64,000 bases of DNA, taken from assembly GCA_965227515.1 (NCBI GenBank), contig CBDDFZ010000002.1, forward strand, positions 64,001 through 128,000, in the 5' to 3' direction. The position numbers and the translations under genes are program-made. Origin of the DNA: Alphaproteobacteria bacterium (GTDB lineage: Bacteria > Pseudomonadota > Alphaproteobacteria > CALKHQ01). The notes beneath the pieces are model-generated. The model saw nothing but the letters and a program-made list of their open reading frames with translations, was not told where the DNA came from and searched no databases. Positions 1-13,033 of this stretch are shown here, piece by piece; positions within the stretch are counted from its first letter, which is position 1, and the number at the start of each line of letters is the position of its first letter.

Positions 1-2426
<2,426 letters not shown>

Positions 2427-2672
2427 GGGCGTATCACTCTTGGATCTGTAGGGCGGCGCCACCCGGTGGGGCAGGAAGGCTGCCAGCGATTGCGCAGCGC
2501 CAAGAGACCGGTCGCCACGCGGGCGCCAGCCCGTTTCAGATAGGCATCGCGGGGCGCAATGTCAACGCGCGCTTGGGTGCGTCCTGCTCTGACGCGGGCG
2601 GCGGCGGGGTGCCGCGGCCGGCCCATATGGCGCAGATCGCGCGGCGCGGATCGCGCGCCAGCCGAGGCCGGC

Positions 2673-4388
2673 CTATACCTTCGGAGCGCCGGTGAACAGC
2701 TGCGCCTTGGGCGCATCGAAGCGGGAAACGTCGGCGTTCGGGCGGCCGAGCAGGTAGCCCTGGCCGAGCTGGATGCCGGCCTCCTTGACCATCTGCAACG
2801 TGGGCTTGTCGGTGATCATTTCGGCCACCGTCACCGCGCCCAGCTCCCGGCACATGCTGACGATCGCCTTCAGGAACAGGCGGGTGCGCATGGACGACAC
2901 CGCGTCGGCGACGAAGGCGCCGTCGATCTTGATCACGTCCACGTCGAAGGCGCGCAGGTAGCGCATGGACGCCGCGCCGGCGCCGAAGTCGTCCAGGCAG
3001 ATGCGGTGGCCGGCGCTGCGCAGGCGGTTCAGGAACCGGCGCACGCGGTCGATGTCGCGGATCTCGGCACTTTCGGTCAGTTCGAAGATCACCTGGCCGC
3101 GAACGTCGTCATAGTCGCTCAGCAGGGTGAAGAAGCGCTGGATGAAGCGGTCCGAGGCGGGCGAGTTGCCGGACAGGTTGACCGCCACCTCGTAGCGATG
3201 GCCCTGGCGCGACAATGCGCGCAGCCAGTCCAGCACCTTGTTGCACATGGCCAGATCGAACTCGCCGATCAGGCCGACATTCTCGGCAAAACGAATGTCC
3301 TCGTAGGGGGATTCGATGGTGCCGGTATCGTCGAACCGGGTCAGCGCCTCGAAATGATGCGGGCGATTGTCGTGCAGGTTCACGATCGGCTGGAACACCG
3401 GCGAGAAGCTGCCATTGGCAATGACGTCGCGGAACCGCGCGATACGGTCGACTGTGCGCCGGGTGATGCCGCTCAGCTCCCGCGACAGGTCGGCCACGGC
3501 CACGTTGTCGCCCTGCTGGGTGCAGAACACGTCCATGGCGTGGATCAGGGCGCGGGTCAGCTCGGTGCCAGAGATGTTCGGGCGGCCGACGCCGATCTCC
3601 TCGGCCGACATCGTCGCGGTGTCGATGCTGACGCCTTCGCCGTCGGGGTCGATGACGCGGGCATAGTCGGCAAGGCGCTGCTCGACATCGTCCAGGTCGG
3701 TCGCCTCGTGGTGCAGCACGCCGAAGCGCTCGCTGTCCAGGGCGCCGGCGCTGTCGCCGTCGACGGAACTCGCCCGCAGATAGGCGCCGATGGTCTCGTT
3801 CAGCGTCTCGCGCGTCTCGTCGTCCAGCTTGGCGCGCAGGCTGTCCAGCCGGTTCATCTGCACGAACGAAATCTTGACGTCGTCCGGGCCGGTGCGCAGG
3901 CGTTTGGCCGCGGCGGCGGCGAAGCTGTCGGGCTGGAGCAGGCCGGAGGTGGTGTCGCGCGAGACCGTGTCGCCGAAATGGGCCGTATCGAGCCGGAGCG
4001 AGATGTAGTAGCGGCCGCCCAGCTTCGGCAGGTCCGCCAGGTGATAGCCCATTGCGTTCAGGCGCGGGGTCTGGCCGTTCGGGCCGCGCAGGCGCATCGG
4101 CACCGGGTGCATGCGACTTTCGCGCCGGGCCGCGTCCAGCACGGTGCGGATCATGCTGGCGTATTCGGGTGTGACCAGGTCGACCAGCGAGCTGCCGATC
4201 AGGCTGTCGCCGTCGCATCCCAGCAGCGCATGTACCGCGCCGGTGGCGAACGAGATGTCGTACTGGTCGTCCAGTTCCAGCAGGATGTCGGCGGCGCAGA
4301 ACGCGAACGCGACAAACCGATCGCGCTCGCGGCGCGTCAGTTCGGCGGAATCGATTTCAACGGTATGCAGGATGGCTGGTTCGGACAT
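2673..4388 (-). CDS. PAS + degenerate GGDEF-like + EAL domain protein (c-di-GMP phosphodiesterase)
   Basis: C-terminal EAL motifs FEAL, AVNLS, IFELTES, LDDFGAG, IKIDG, AE, QGY; N-terminal PAS-like region. Confidence 0.9.
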   Translation of the reverse strand: MSEPAILHTVEIDSAELTRRERDRFVAFAFCAADILLELDDQYDISFATGAVHALLGCDGDSLIGSSLVDLVTPEYASMIRTVLDAARRESRMHPVPMRLRGPNGQTPRLNAMGYHLADLPKLGGRYYISLRLDTAHFGDTVSRDTTSGLLQPDSFAAAAAKRLRTGPDDVKISFVQMNRLDSLRAKLDDETRETLNETIGAYLRASSVDGDSAGALDSERFGVLHHEATDLDDVEQRLADYARVIDPDGEGVSIDTATMSAEEIGVGRPNISGTELTRALIHAMDVFCTQQGDNVAVADLSRELSGITRRTVDRIARFRDVIANGSFSPVFQPIVNLHDNRPHHFEALTRFDDTGTIESPYEDIRFAENVGLIGEFDLAMCNKVLDWLRALSRQGHRYEVAVNLSGNSPASDRFIQRFFTLLSDYDDVRGQVIFELTESAEIRDIDRVRRFLNRLRSAGHRICLDDFGAGAASMRYLRAFDVDVIKIDGAFVADAVSSMRTRLFLKAIVSMCRELGAVTVAEMITDKPTLQMVKEAGIQLGQGYLLGRPNADVSRFDAPKAQLFTGAPKV

Positions 4389-4567
4389 CCGTTCACTTCT
4401 TTCGGGCGCTCATCTGAGCCAAGATCGTTGATTTTCGCTAACGAACCCTTTCGTGCGGCGACTATTCCTCCGCCGGCGCGTTTCCGTCATCGGCTAATCA
4501 TGTGACGGCCCGGGCGAATTATCGTATGACGCGTGCTGCCCGATAACCAGGATGTTGTTGCTGCACC

Positions 4568-5263
4568 ATGGTATCTGACCCGATGCTCGCCGGCAGGGAT
4601 TGCTGGATATTCGATCTCGACAACACGTTGTACCCGTCCGGCAACGCGTTTTTCGATGCCGTGCGCCGGCGGATGACCGAATTCATTCGCGATCACTTGG
4701 ACCTGCCGCACGAGGCCGCGTTGGCCTTGCAGCGCCGCTATTACCTGGAGCACGGCACCACGCTCAACGGGCTGATGCGCCACAACCAGGTCGATCCCGA
4801 GGCGTATCTGGAGTTCGTCCACGACGTGGACCTGAGCTGGCTGGAGCCTGACCCGGCGCTGAATGCCGTATTGGCCGCGCTGCCGGGGCGCAAGACGATC
4901 TACACCAACGCCTCCACCGGCCATGCGGAGAAGGTGGCGGAACGCCTGGGCATCCTGGATCATTTCGACGAGATCTTCGATATCGTGGCCGCCGACTACG
5001 CGCCGAAGCCCGATTCAGACGCGTTCGACGCCATGCTGGCGCGCAAGGCGATCGACCCGCGCCGGGCGGTGTTCTTCGAGGATATCGCGCGCAATCTGGA
5101 ACCGGCTGCGGCCCGCGGCGTCACCACGGTGCTGATCGTGGGGGGCGAGGGGCCCAACCAGCCGGAGGACGAGCGCCACGCGCATTACGTCACCGAGGAT
5201 CTGGCGAGCTGGCTGGAGGGTGTGGTGGCCGGGCGGGCGCCCGAACGACGCAAGGCGACGTAA
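4568..5263 (+). CDS. HAD-family pyrimidine 5'-nucleotidase
   Basis: WIFDLDNTLY (HAD motif I), HGTTLNGL, YTNA, PKP, FFEDIARNL. Confidence 0.9.
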   Translation: MVSDPMLAGRDCWIFDLDNTLYPSGNAFFDAVRRRMTEFIRDHLDLPHEAALALQRRYYLEHGTTLNGLMRHNQVDPEAYLEFVHDVDLSWLEPDPALNAVLAALPGRKTIYTNASTGHAEKVAERLGILDHFDEIFDIVAADYAPKPDSDAFDAMLARKAIDPRRAVFFEDIARNLEPAAARGVTTVLIVGGEGPNQPEDERHAHYVTEDLASWLEGVVAGRAPERRKAT

Positions 5264-5264
5264 T

Positions 5265-5447
5265 CTAGCCTGAGATGATCAGGACGGCGGTGGCGACGAC
5301 CCCGGCCGCCGCCCACGCGCACGCCATCAGCGTCGCGGCGAGCTTGACCGGTGCGCGCAGGGGCACAGCCGCGGCATGCGCGCCGGACCCGACCCTTGGC
5401 GCGGGCGCGGAGATCGTCAGGTCAAACAGGCGCGGCATCTCGTGCAT
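5265..5447 (-). CDS. Small hypothetical membrane protein
   Basis: 60-aa ORF with a hydrophobic C-terminal helix that fills the gap between two genes; no motif recognised. Confidence 0.4.
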   Translation of the reverse strand: MHEMPRLFDLTISAPAPRVGSGAHAAAVPLRAPVKLAATLMACAWAAAGVVATAVLIISG

Positions 5448-5497
5448 GTGGCTAGTGAACCACGGAATGGTTTCCGAACCCTTGCATTCGCCGCGGT

Positions 5498-6082
5498 TTG
5501 TGCCAGCCTTGCCGCGTGAACAATGGACCGCAAAGACCGCGCTTCAGCCGCCGCACCCCTGCCGGCGAGGACCGGGAACGTCTGGTCTGCGATGCGTGTG
5601 GGCATATCGCCTACGAAAACCCGAAAGTGGTCGTCGGATCGGTGGCAACGTGGCAGGGGCGCATCCTGCTTGTGCGGCGCGCGATCCCGCCGCAGATCGG
5701 CTTCTGGACCTTGCCGGCCGGCTATCTGGAACTGCACGAAAGCCCGCAGGACGGCGCGATGCGCGAGGCGCGGGAGGAGGCGTGTGCCGACATCGCGCTG
5801 GAGGGGTTGCTGGCGGTCTACAGCATTCCGCGGCTCAGCCAGGTGCAGCTCATCTTCCGGGCACGGCTGGCGACGGCGGACATCGCCGCCGGCGAGGAGA
5901 GCCAGGAGGTCGGCCTGTTCGGCTGGGACGACATTCCGTGGGACGAGATCGCGTTTCCCTCGGTGCGCTGGGCGCTCGGTCATCACCGCGAGGTCGGCGA
6001 CGCCGCGGCGTTCGCGCCGCGCGGCAACCCGCCGGGCGAATGGGGCGACTACATGCCCGGTGCGCGGTCGCCAGAGACCTGA
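5498..6082 (+). CDS. NUDIX hydrolase with N-terminal zinc ribbon
   Basis: CDACG...YENPK and Nudix box GYLELHESPQDGAMREAREEA. Start codon uncertain. Confidence 0.9.
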   Translation: MCQPCRVNNGPQRPRFSRRTPAGEDRERLVCDACGHIAYENPKVVVGSVATWQGRILLVRRAIPPQIGFWTLPAGYLELHESPQDGAMREAREEACADIALEGLLAVYSIPRLSQVQLIFRARLATADIAAGEESQEVGLFGWDDIPWDEIAFPSVRWALGHHREVGDAAAFAPRGNPPGEWGDYMPGARSPET

Positions 6083-6921
6083 GCCGCGTTCCACCGCCAC
6101 CAGCCGTGCGGGCCGGTGCGGTTCGGGTCCAGCCAGCAGCGGATCACCACCACCGAGAGTGCGGCGAGCAGCATGCCGGCCAGCACGTCGCCCAGGAAGT
6201 GCGCGGCCAGCACGGTGCGGGTGGCGCTGGCGAAGGCGGCGATGGGCACCGCGATCAGCCCCCAGCGCCCGAAGATCGCGATCAGCGCGAAGGCCACCGC
6301 CCAGGTGGTGGTGGAATGCCCCGACGGGAACGAGCCGAAGTCGCCGCTGGACGCGAAGGTGAAGGGGTGGAAGCCGGTGACGTCGTCGCGGAACATCATC
6401 CGCGGGCGGGCGCGGCCGAACACCATCTTGAGCAGGATCGAGGCGAGGCCGCTGCCGATCACCGCCAGCGCGAAGAACTGTGCCCGGTGCAGCCAGCGCC
6501 AGGCATTCAGGCTGTGGGCGCGTTCCGGCCAGCGCGCGATCATGGCATAGAGGACGACGATGGCGGCGACCGAGCCGATGATGTAGCCGGCGGAATCGCC
6601 TAGCTGGGTGACCAGCTCGTAAAACGCCTTCTCGTCCTCGGTCAGGGTGCCGGCGGCGTGCGCAATGCCGAGGTCTATGTCCGAAGCGGCAACGACGACG
6701 ATCAGGACCACCAGGACGGCGAGGGCGATGAGGCCGGCCGGCCCGAGCATCCTGACCGCGCGACGGGTCGTCTCCGCAACCGCCCGCCCGCCATGCAGCC
6801 CAACATGAAGCACGGTCGCCATCGCCGCCTCGATCACGGCGTCGACCGCCAGCGTGCCGGCCACCCGTCCGGTCACCCGCAGCCGCGCGGCGCCCCGACC
6901 GGTCGTCGATGCACTGGTCAT
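6049..6921 (-). CDS. PAP2-family membrane phosphatase (LpxE/BcrC-like)
   Basis: KMVFGRARP, SFPSGH and RTVLAAHFLGD (PAP2 motifs C1-C3) plus TM helices. Confidence 0.88.
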   Translation of the reverse strand: MTSASTTGRGAARLRVTGRVAGTLAVDAVIEAAMATVLHVGLHGGRAVAETTRRAVRMLGPAGLIALAVLVVLIVVVAASDIDLGIAHAAGTLTEDEKAFYELVTQLGDSAGYIIGSVAAIVVLYAMIARWPERAHSLNAWRWLHRAQFFALAVIGSGLASILLKMVFGRARPRMMFRDDVTGFHPFTFASSGDFGSFPSGHSTTTWAVAFALIAIFGRWGLIAVPIAAFASATRTVLAAHFLGDVLAGMLLAALSVVVIRCWLDPNRTGPHGWWRWNAAQVSGDRAPGM

Positions 6922-6931
6922 GCAGGCACGC

Positions 6932-8029
6932 TCATGAGCCAGCCCGCGCGCGGCCGGCCCACAGCAGGGTCAGCATCGCGGTCACCGCGACCGCGCCGGC
7001 CTGGTGGCCGATGGCGGCATGGAACGAGACGCCCGTCAGCACGGTTGTCGCGCCCAGGGCGTATTGCGCCAGCACAACGACGGCGAGCCCATGGACGGCG
7101 CCGGGGCAGCGCGCGGCTGATATCGCCGCCCGCAGCCAGTAGGCCAGCACCGCCAGCAAGGTCAGCGTCGCGATAAGTCGATGGGCCCACTGGATCGCGA
7201 CCATGTTCTCGAAGAAGTTCAGCCAACCCGGCTCGATGGCGATCAGATCGAGCGGCACAAGCCTGCCACCCATCGTCGGGAACTCGGGATAGACCATGCC
7301 GGCATTGGCGCCGGCGGTGAGCCCGCCCCACACCAGCGTCACCAACGCCAGCACGGTCAGCAGCAGGCGGTGGCCCGGTCCGACAAAGGTCGCCGCCACC
7401 GGCGCTGCTGGCGGCGCGCGCATGCGCCACGCAATACCGAGCATGTAGGCGAAGATCGCCAGCGCCATCATCAGGTGCACGGTCAGGCGGTACTGGCTGA
7501 CGTCGGTGCGCCCGGTCAGCCCGCTCTGCACCATCCACCAGCCGATCACGCCCTGCACGGCGCCGAGCCCGAACACGGCCCACAGGTGCGGCTTCGCCCA
7601 TCCCGGCACCCGCCGCCGCCACAGGAACCAGACGAAGGGCACCAGGAACACCAGGCCGATGGTGCGGCCCCACAGCCGGTGCACGAACTCCCACCAGTAG
7701 ATCGACTTGAACTCGTCCAGCGTCATGCCCTGGTTGAGCTGCTGGTACTCGGTGGTGGTCCGGTAGTCGGCGAATGCCTCCTGCCACGCAGCGTCGCTGA
7801 ACGGCGGCACGATGCCGCTGACCGGCTGCCAGTCGGTGATCGACAGGCCGGATTCGGTCAGCCGGGTGATGCCGCCGATCACCACCATCGCCGCCACCAT
7901 GGCGCAGCAGATGCCGAGCCAGACGATCAGCGCGCGGTGGCCGCCGGTCGCCGTGGCCGATGGCACGTAGTGTGTGCCGGCTGGCTCGCGGCTGGCGGTA
8001 TCGGGACCGCTAGTTGAGAGCGACGACAT
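6932..8029 (-). CDS. ctaA: Heme A synthase (COX15/CtaA)
   Basis: GGITRLTESGLSITDW, FKSIYWWEFVHRLWGR, QGVIGWWMVQSGL, VSQYRLTVHL. Start trimmed to the ATG at 8029. Confidence 0.93.
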   Translation of the reverse strand: MSSLSTSGPDTASREPAGTHYVPSATATGGHRALIVWLGICCAMVAAMVVIGGITRLTESGLSITDWQPVSGIVPPFSDAAWQEAFADYRTTTEYQQLNQGMTLDEFKSIYWWEFVHRLWGRTIGLVFLVPFVWFLWRRRVPGWAKPHLWAVFGLGAVQGVIGWWMVQSGLTGRTDVSQYRLTVHLMMALAIFAYMLGIAWRMRAPPAAPVAATFVGPGHRLLLTVLALVTLVWGGLTAGANAGMVYPEFPTMGGRLVPLDLIAIEPGWLNFFENMVAIQWAHRLIATLTLLAVLAYWLRAAISAARCPGAVHGLAVVVLAQYALGATTVLTGVSFHAAIGHQAGAVAVTAMLTLLWAGRARAGS

Positions 8030-8801
8030 GGTTGAGCGGTCCGCTGCCTTCGCCCAGTCCGGGCGCGGTCTCGATGGCGCGGCGCACATAGGCGCGGGCG
8101 CGGCGCACGGCATCCAGCACCGGGCGGCCCTGGGCAAGGCCGGTCGCAATCGCCGATGCCAGCGTGCAGCCGGTGCCGTGGGTGTCGCGGGTGTCGAAGC
8201 GGGTATCTTCCATGGTTTCGTCGATATCGGCGCCGAACAGCCGGTCGACCACGGTGTCGCCCTCCAGGTGGCCGCCCTTCAGCAGCACGTACTTGGCGCC
8301 ATGCGAGCGCAGAATCTCGGCCACCGCCGGCATGTCCGCAGCCGTCTTCAACGGCCGCTTCGCCAGCACTTCGGCTTCTGGCACGTTCGGCGTCACCACG
8401 GTCGCCAGCGGCAGCAGGCGGCGGCGCACCCTGTCCACCGCGGCATCGTCCAGCAGCTTGTGGCCGCCCTTGGCCACCATCACGGGATCGAGCACGATGG
8501 GGATGCGGTTGGCGAGCGGGGCCAGGCACTCCGCGACCGCGCCGACAATCTTCTCATTGGCCAGCATGCCGATCTTGATGGCGTCGGCGCCGATGTCCGA
8601 TAGCACGACGGTGATCTGGTCGACCACGAACTCCGCCGGCACCTCGTGCACGCCATGTACGCCCAGCGTGTTCTGCGCCGTCAGCGCGGTGATGGCGGTT
8701 GACGCATAGCCCGACAACGCGGTCACCGTCTTGATATCGGCCTGGATGCCGGCGCCGCCCCCGCTGTCGGACCCGGCGATGATCAATACGCGCCCGTTCA
8801 C
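8010..8801 (-). CDS. thiD: Hydroxymethylpyrimidine/phosphomethylpyrimidine kinase
   Basis: [51 protein letters not shown]. Confidence 0.97.
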   Translation of the reverse strand: MNGRVLIIAGSDSGGGAGIQADIKTVTALSGYASTAITALTAQNTLGVHGVHEVPAEFVVDQITVVLSDIGADAIKIGMLANEKIVGAVAECLAPLANRIPIVLDPVMVAKGGHKLLDDAAVDRVRRRLLPLATVVTPNVPEAEVLAKRPLKTAADMPAVAEILRSHGAKYVLLKGGHLEGDTVVDRLFGADIDETMEDTRFDTRDTHGTGCTLASAIATGLAQGRPVLDAVRRARAYVRRAIETAPGLGEGSGPLNHVVALN

Positions 8802-10144
8802 GAGGCCGCGCGCTCCAGGGCGCCCGAAACGTCCGCGACCACGGCGTCGACCAGGGTCGGGTCGTTGCTTTCCGCCATCACCCGGATCACCGGCTCGGTG
8901 CCCGACGGGCGGATCACCAGCCGGCCCTCGGCGCCGAGCTGCGCGCGCGCGGTGTCGATGGCATGCTGCACCTTGGGGTCGTCCAGCGGCCGGCCGGCGC
9001 CATAGCGCACATTGCGCAGTACCTGCGGCACCGGGGTGAAGACGTTCAGCACCTCTGCGGCCGGCTTGTCGGCGGCGACCAGGGCCGCCAGCACCTGCAG
9101 CGCGGCGATCAGGCCGTCGCCGGTGGTGGCGAAGTCGGTGAAGATGATGTGGCCGGATTGCTCGCCACCGACGTTACAGCCGCGGCTGCGCATCTCCTCC
9201 AGCACGTAGCGGTCGCCGACCTTGGTGCGGAAGAGGTCGAGGCCCAGGCCGCGCAAGTGCAGCTCCAGGCCCAGGTTCGACATCACGGTCGCGACCACGC
9301 CGCCACCGGCGATGTCGCCATTGCTCAGCCAGCTTGCCGCCGCCACCGCCATAAGCTGGTCGCCGTCGATGATGCGGCCCTCGGCATCGGCGACGATCAG
9401 GCGGTCGGCGTCACCGTCGAGCGCCAGCCCGATGTCGGCCTGGTGGCGCACCACCGCCTCGCGCATCGCATCCGGCGCGGTCGCACCGCACATCGCGTTG
9501 ATATTGCGCCCATCCGGCTCGACGGCGATCGGGATCACCTCGGCGCCCAGTTCCCACAGCACCGTCGGCGCCACCTTGTAGGCGGCGCCGTTGGCGCAGT
9601 CGACCACCACCTTCAGCCCGTCCAGCGACATGCCGCGCGGGAAGGTGCGCTTGACGAACTCGATATAGCGGCCCGGCGCATCGGCCAGCCGGACGGCGCG
9701 GCCCAGGTCGGCGGCGGCGGCCAGCTCGATGGCGGCCTCGTCGTCGATCAGCGCCTCGATCTCGGCCTCGACTTCGTCGGACAGCTTGAAGCCGTCCGGC
9801 CCGAACATCTTGATGCCGTTGTCCTGGTAGGGGTTGTGCGAGGCGGAGATCATCACGCCCAGGTCGGCGCGCATGGACCGCGTGAGCTGGCCCACGGCGG
9901 GCGTCGGGATAGGCCCGAGCAGGGTCACGTCCATGCCGACCGAGATGAACCCGGCGGTCAGCGCCGGCTCCAGCATGTAGCCGGACAGCCGCGTGTCCTT
10001 GCCGATGATCACCCGGTGGCGGTGCCCGCCGTTCTGGAAATAGCGGCCGGCGGCCATCGCCACCATCAGCATGGTGGGGGCCGTCATCGGCATCGCGTTG
10101 GCGGTGCCGCGGATGCCGTCGGTGCCGAACAGACGTCGTGTCAT
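8798..10144 (-). CDS. glmM: Phosphoglucosamine mutase
   Basis: [51 protein letters not shown]. Confidence 0.98.
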   Translation of the reverse strand: MTRRLFGTDGIRGTANAMPMTAPTMLMVAMAAGRYFQNGGHRHRVIIGKDTRLSGYMLEPALTAGFISVGMDVTLLGPIPTPAVGQLTRSMRADLGVMISASHNPYQDNGIKMFGPDGFKLSDEVEAEIEALIDDEAAIELAAAADLGRAVRLADAPGRYIEFVKRTFPRGMSLDGLKVVVDCANGAAYKVAPTVLWELGAEVIPIAVEPDGRNINAMCGATAPDAMREAVVRHQADIGLALDGDADRLIVADAEGRIIDGDQLMAVAAASWLSNGDIAGGGVVATVMSNLGLELHLRGLGLDLFRTKVGDRYVLEEMRSRGCNVGGEQSGHIIFTDFATTGDGLIAALQVLAALVAADKPAAEVLNVFTPVPQVLRNVRYGAGRPLDDPKVQHAIDTARAQLGAEGRLVIRPSGTEPVIRVMAESNDPTLVDAVVADVSGALERAAS

Positions 10145-10325
10145 CTAGAGCCTTTGCCATTGCCTGCGTCGGGTCTATTCCGGCGCTTGGCGGCGCGTAG
10201 CTTGCACCTTGCACAATGAATGTGCGCAATCCGGCACGGTTACCCGAAGACGCGGGCGAGGGCAAGGCGCGCCCGGTGCGGCATAGGGCCTTGGTCTAAG
10301 TGACGCTTGCGCGAAGCCTGCTCCA

Positions 10326-10391
10326 GCCCTCTCCCCCACCCGGCCACCCGCTGAGCATACTGTCGTCGGGCGGTCGGGTGGGGGCGAGGGC
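10326..10391. repeat. Intergenic palindrome (REP-like hairpin)
   Basis: gccctctcccccacccggccacccg pairs with cgggcggtcgggtgggggcgagggc (22/25 complementary) around a 16-nt loop. Confidence 0.7.
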
Positions 10392-10412
10392 CGGTGCCGA
10401 CTGGGATGATCC

Positions 10413-11552
10413 CTAGTGCGCGCCGGCGAACTCCAGATAGGTCACCAGCGCGACGAACACGTGGTACAGCGAGCTGGCCGGCGCGTTCGGCGCGATGTTG
10501 TTCTGGTCGGTGTCGAGCTGGTCGCGCCAGGTGCCGCGTTCCTCGTCCAGATAATGCTCGAACAGGTGCTCCACGAAGGCCTCGATCTGGTCGCGGGTCA
10601 CCGCCTGGCTACCGCGCCGGTAGAGCGTGACCATGGCCTTCAGCGCCTCGGTCTGCGGCCACAGCCGCTTGGTGGCGCGGCGCACGGTGCCGTCCGGCGC
10701 GATCTCGTCGAAGGCGAAGCCGGTGCCGGCCTCCAGGCCGTGGCTGGCGACGGCACGATAGATCGCCTCCAGGCTGATGCCGGAACGCCCGGCGCCGCGC
10801 TCGTACTGGTCGATCAGCCAGATCCACTCCAGGTGATGGCCCGGCTCCAGGATCTGTCCCGGGTCGCCCTTGGCCCGCTGCCAGTCGTCGGTGAAGTACT
10901 CGAACAACTGATGCCGCCTGCTGTCGAGGAAGTGCTCGGAGAACAGCTCCATGATGGCGGTCGCGCGGTCCAACGCCCGGCCGTCATGGGTCGCCCAATA
11001 GAGCGCGAGGAACGCCTCCAGCAGGTGCATATGCGGGTTCTGGCGCCGCGGCGTCTCGTCGGGCACGCCTTCGCGAAAGCCGCCATGGGCCGGGTCGGCC
11101 AATGTGTTGTCGAGGAAATCCAGCACCTGGTTGATGCACAGCAGCGCCTCGCGCGAGCGGGTCAGGCGGTAGTACCAGGCAAGCGCCAGGATCGAGAACG
11201 CCTGCTCGTACGTCGACCGCCGCTCGTCGGCGATCGTGCCATCGGGTCCGGCGGAGAACATGTAGCCGCCGTCCCGGTGCCAGTACGGCCCGTGGGCCAA
11301 GGTGGCGAAGCCGGCGTGCGCCGCCTCGATGAACACGTGGTGGTCGGTCAGCACCGCGGCGTGGGCGAAGGTGTAGAACTGGCGCGCCTGCACCCTGAAC
11401 CGGCGCGGCAGGTCCGGCAACGGATTGCCGGCCATGTCCATCGCTTCCACGAAGCACGCGTCGCGGCGGTCGCGGCCCTTGGCCGCCCACAGCGGCAGCG
11501 CCACTTCATAGAGCCAATGGCGCGCGCGTTGTGCGGTCTCGCTCGCTGCCAT
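10413..11552 (-). CDS. AGE-family epimerase/isomerase (rhizobial-type mannose-6-phosphate isomerase)
   Basis: RFRVQARQ, YEQAF, RQNPHMHLLEA, EPGHHLEW, RLWPQTEALKA, ASSLYH; lies next to manC and glmM. Confidence 0.85.
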   Translation of the reverse strand: MAASETAQRARHWLYEVALPLWAAKGRDRRDACFVEAMDMAGNPLPDLPRRFRVQARQFYTFAHAAVLTDHHVFIEAAHAGFATLAHGPYWHRDGGYMFSAGPDGTIADERRSTYEQAFSILALAWYYRLTRSREALLCINQVLDFLDNTLADPAHGGFREGVPDETPRRQNPHMHLLEAFLALYWATHDGRALDRATAIMELFSEHFLDSRRHQLFEYFTDDWQRAKGDPGQILEPGHHLEWIWLIDQYERGAGRSGISLEAIYRAVASHGLEAGTGFAFDEIAPDGTVRRATKRLWPQTEALKAMVTLYRRGSQAVTRDQIEAFVEHLFEHYLDEERGTWRDQLDTDQNNIAPNAPASSLYHVFVALVTYLEFAGAH

Positions 11553-11574
11553 GAGTGGCCGGTCTCCCTGCTGT

Positions 11575-12660
11575 CTAATTGCCGCCGCGCCGTTCCAGCT
11601 CGGCAATCACTTCACGGACGTCCTGGCTGCGGTCGCGCCGGCAGACCAGGATCGCGTCCGGTGTCTCCACCACTACGATATCATCGACGCCGACCATCGC
11701 CACAGTTCTGTGTCCGCGCCCGCCGCCGGCCTCGCTGTGCACCAGGCAGTTTGCGGCATCGTGGAACACTGCGGCCGATCCGCCGACATTGCCCGCGCCG
11801 TCCTTGTCCGCGTACTCCCACAACGCCGCCCACGAGCCGACATCGGTCCAGGGGGCGTTGAGGTCGACGACGACGGCACGCGCGGTCTTCTCCATCACCG
11901 CCACGTCGATGGCGACCGACGGCGCGGCGGCGAAGGCGTCGGCATCGGGATGGATGGACCGGTCGACGTGCGCGCTGTCGATGGCGCGGACGGCGGCGGC
12001 ATGGATCTCCGGCGCCAGCACCGCCAGCTCGTCCAGGAACGTCGCGGCGCGGAACACGAACATGCCGCTGTTCCAGGCGTATTCGCCGCTGGCGACCCAG
12101 GCCTCGGCGGTCGCGCGGTCCGGCTTCTCGACGAACTGGGCGACCTGGCAAACGGCCGGGTCGTCGGCCAGGGCCGGGCCGCGGCGGATATAGCCATAGC
12201 CGGTGTGGGGCTCGCGCGGCACGATGCCGAAGGTGACCAGCCGGTCCGTGGCGGCAACGGGCGCGGCTCTTGCCACCGCGTCGGCCAGTGCGGCATCGTC
12301 GCCGATCAGGTGATCGGCCGGCATGATCCAGAGCGTGGCATCGGCATCGCGATTGGCGGCATGCCGGGCGGCCAATGCCACGGCCGCGGCTGTGTTGCGC
12401 GCGCACGGTTCCAGAATCACGGTCGCGTCGGCGATACCAAGGGCTGCCAGTTCGGCGGCCACGAGCTCGCCGTGCGCCGCGCCCGACACGACGATCGGCG
12501 GCGCGGATGCGATCTGCTGCGCGCGCTTGATAGTGGCGGTGAGCAGGCTGTCGTCGCCAACCAGCGCATGGAACTGCTTCGGCATGTCGGGGCGCGACAC
12601 CGGCCACAACCGGGTGCCTGCCCCGCCGCACAGGATGACAGGGGTGACGTCTAAGCTCAT
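11575..12660 (-). CDS. manC: Mannose-1-phosphate guanylyltransferase
   Basis: VILCGGAGTRLWPVSR, PKQF, EPCARNTA, PADHLI, TGYGYI, FVEKP, WNSGMF, DVGSW. No C-terminal cupin domain. Confidence 0.92.
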   Translation of the reverse strand: MSLDVTPVILCGGAGTRLWPVSRPDMPKQFHALVGDDSLLTATIKRAQQIASAPPIVVSGAAHGELVAAELAALGIADATVILEPCARNTAAAVALAARHAANRDADATLWIMPADHLIGDDAALADAVARAAPVAATDRLVTFGIVPREPHTGYGYIRRGPALADDPAVCQVAQFVEKPDRATAEAWVASGEYAWNSGMFVFRAATFLDELAVLAPEIHAAAVRAIDSAHVDRSIHPDADAFAAAPSVAIDVAVMEKTARAVVVDLNAPWTDVGSWAALWEYADKDGAGNVGGSAAVFHDAANCLVHSEAGGGRGHRTVAMVGVDDIVVVETPDAILVCRRDRSQDVREVIAELERRGGN

Positions 12661-12743
12661 GCCGATGATCGCCGCGCCGTTTTGCCCGGCGCGACTATAT
12701 CAGACGGCGGTGCGCCCGCGATCCGCGATCGCACACTGGCGTC

Positions 12744-12947
12744 CTACATACCAAACAGGTCGGCGACATTGATTTCCGCGACGTCGGGCTCGTCAACGAT
12801 GATCGGCCGTGGCTTGGCGTAGAGGTGAACCTCCGTCTCGGCCGAGGCGCCGTCATCGGCGAGCCGTGCATCCGCCTGCGACTGGGTCAGGGGCTCGCCA
12901 TGGTTCATGGTGTAGGCGTGGCTGTAGAAGAAGTTGTCCTTGGCCAT
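12744..12947 (-). CDS. Small acidic hypothetical protein (67 aa)
   Basis: Isolated intergenic ORF with a GGAGG RBS upstream and host-like codon usage. Confidence 0.6.
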   Translation of the reverse strand: MAKDNFFYSHAYTMNHGEPLTQSQADARLADDGASAETEVHLYAKPRPIIVDEPDVAEINVADLFGM

Positions 12948-13033
12948 GTCGAGGACCTCCGTGGTTCGGCTTGGCGCAACCGTCTATCCATGGGTCGCGC
13001 GTGCCGGCCGACGGGTTCAATTGGCCCAACAAG

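Noticed and set aside
10190-10206. Sigma-54-like CGGCGCG-N4-TTGCA on the plus strand
   Set aside because: No plus-strand gene lies downstream and the -24 element is imperfect; likely chance.
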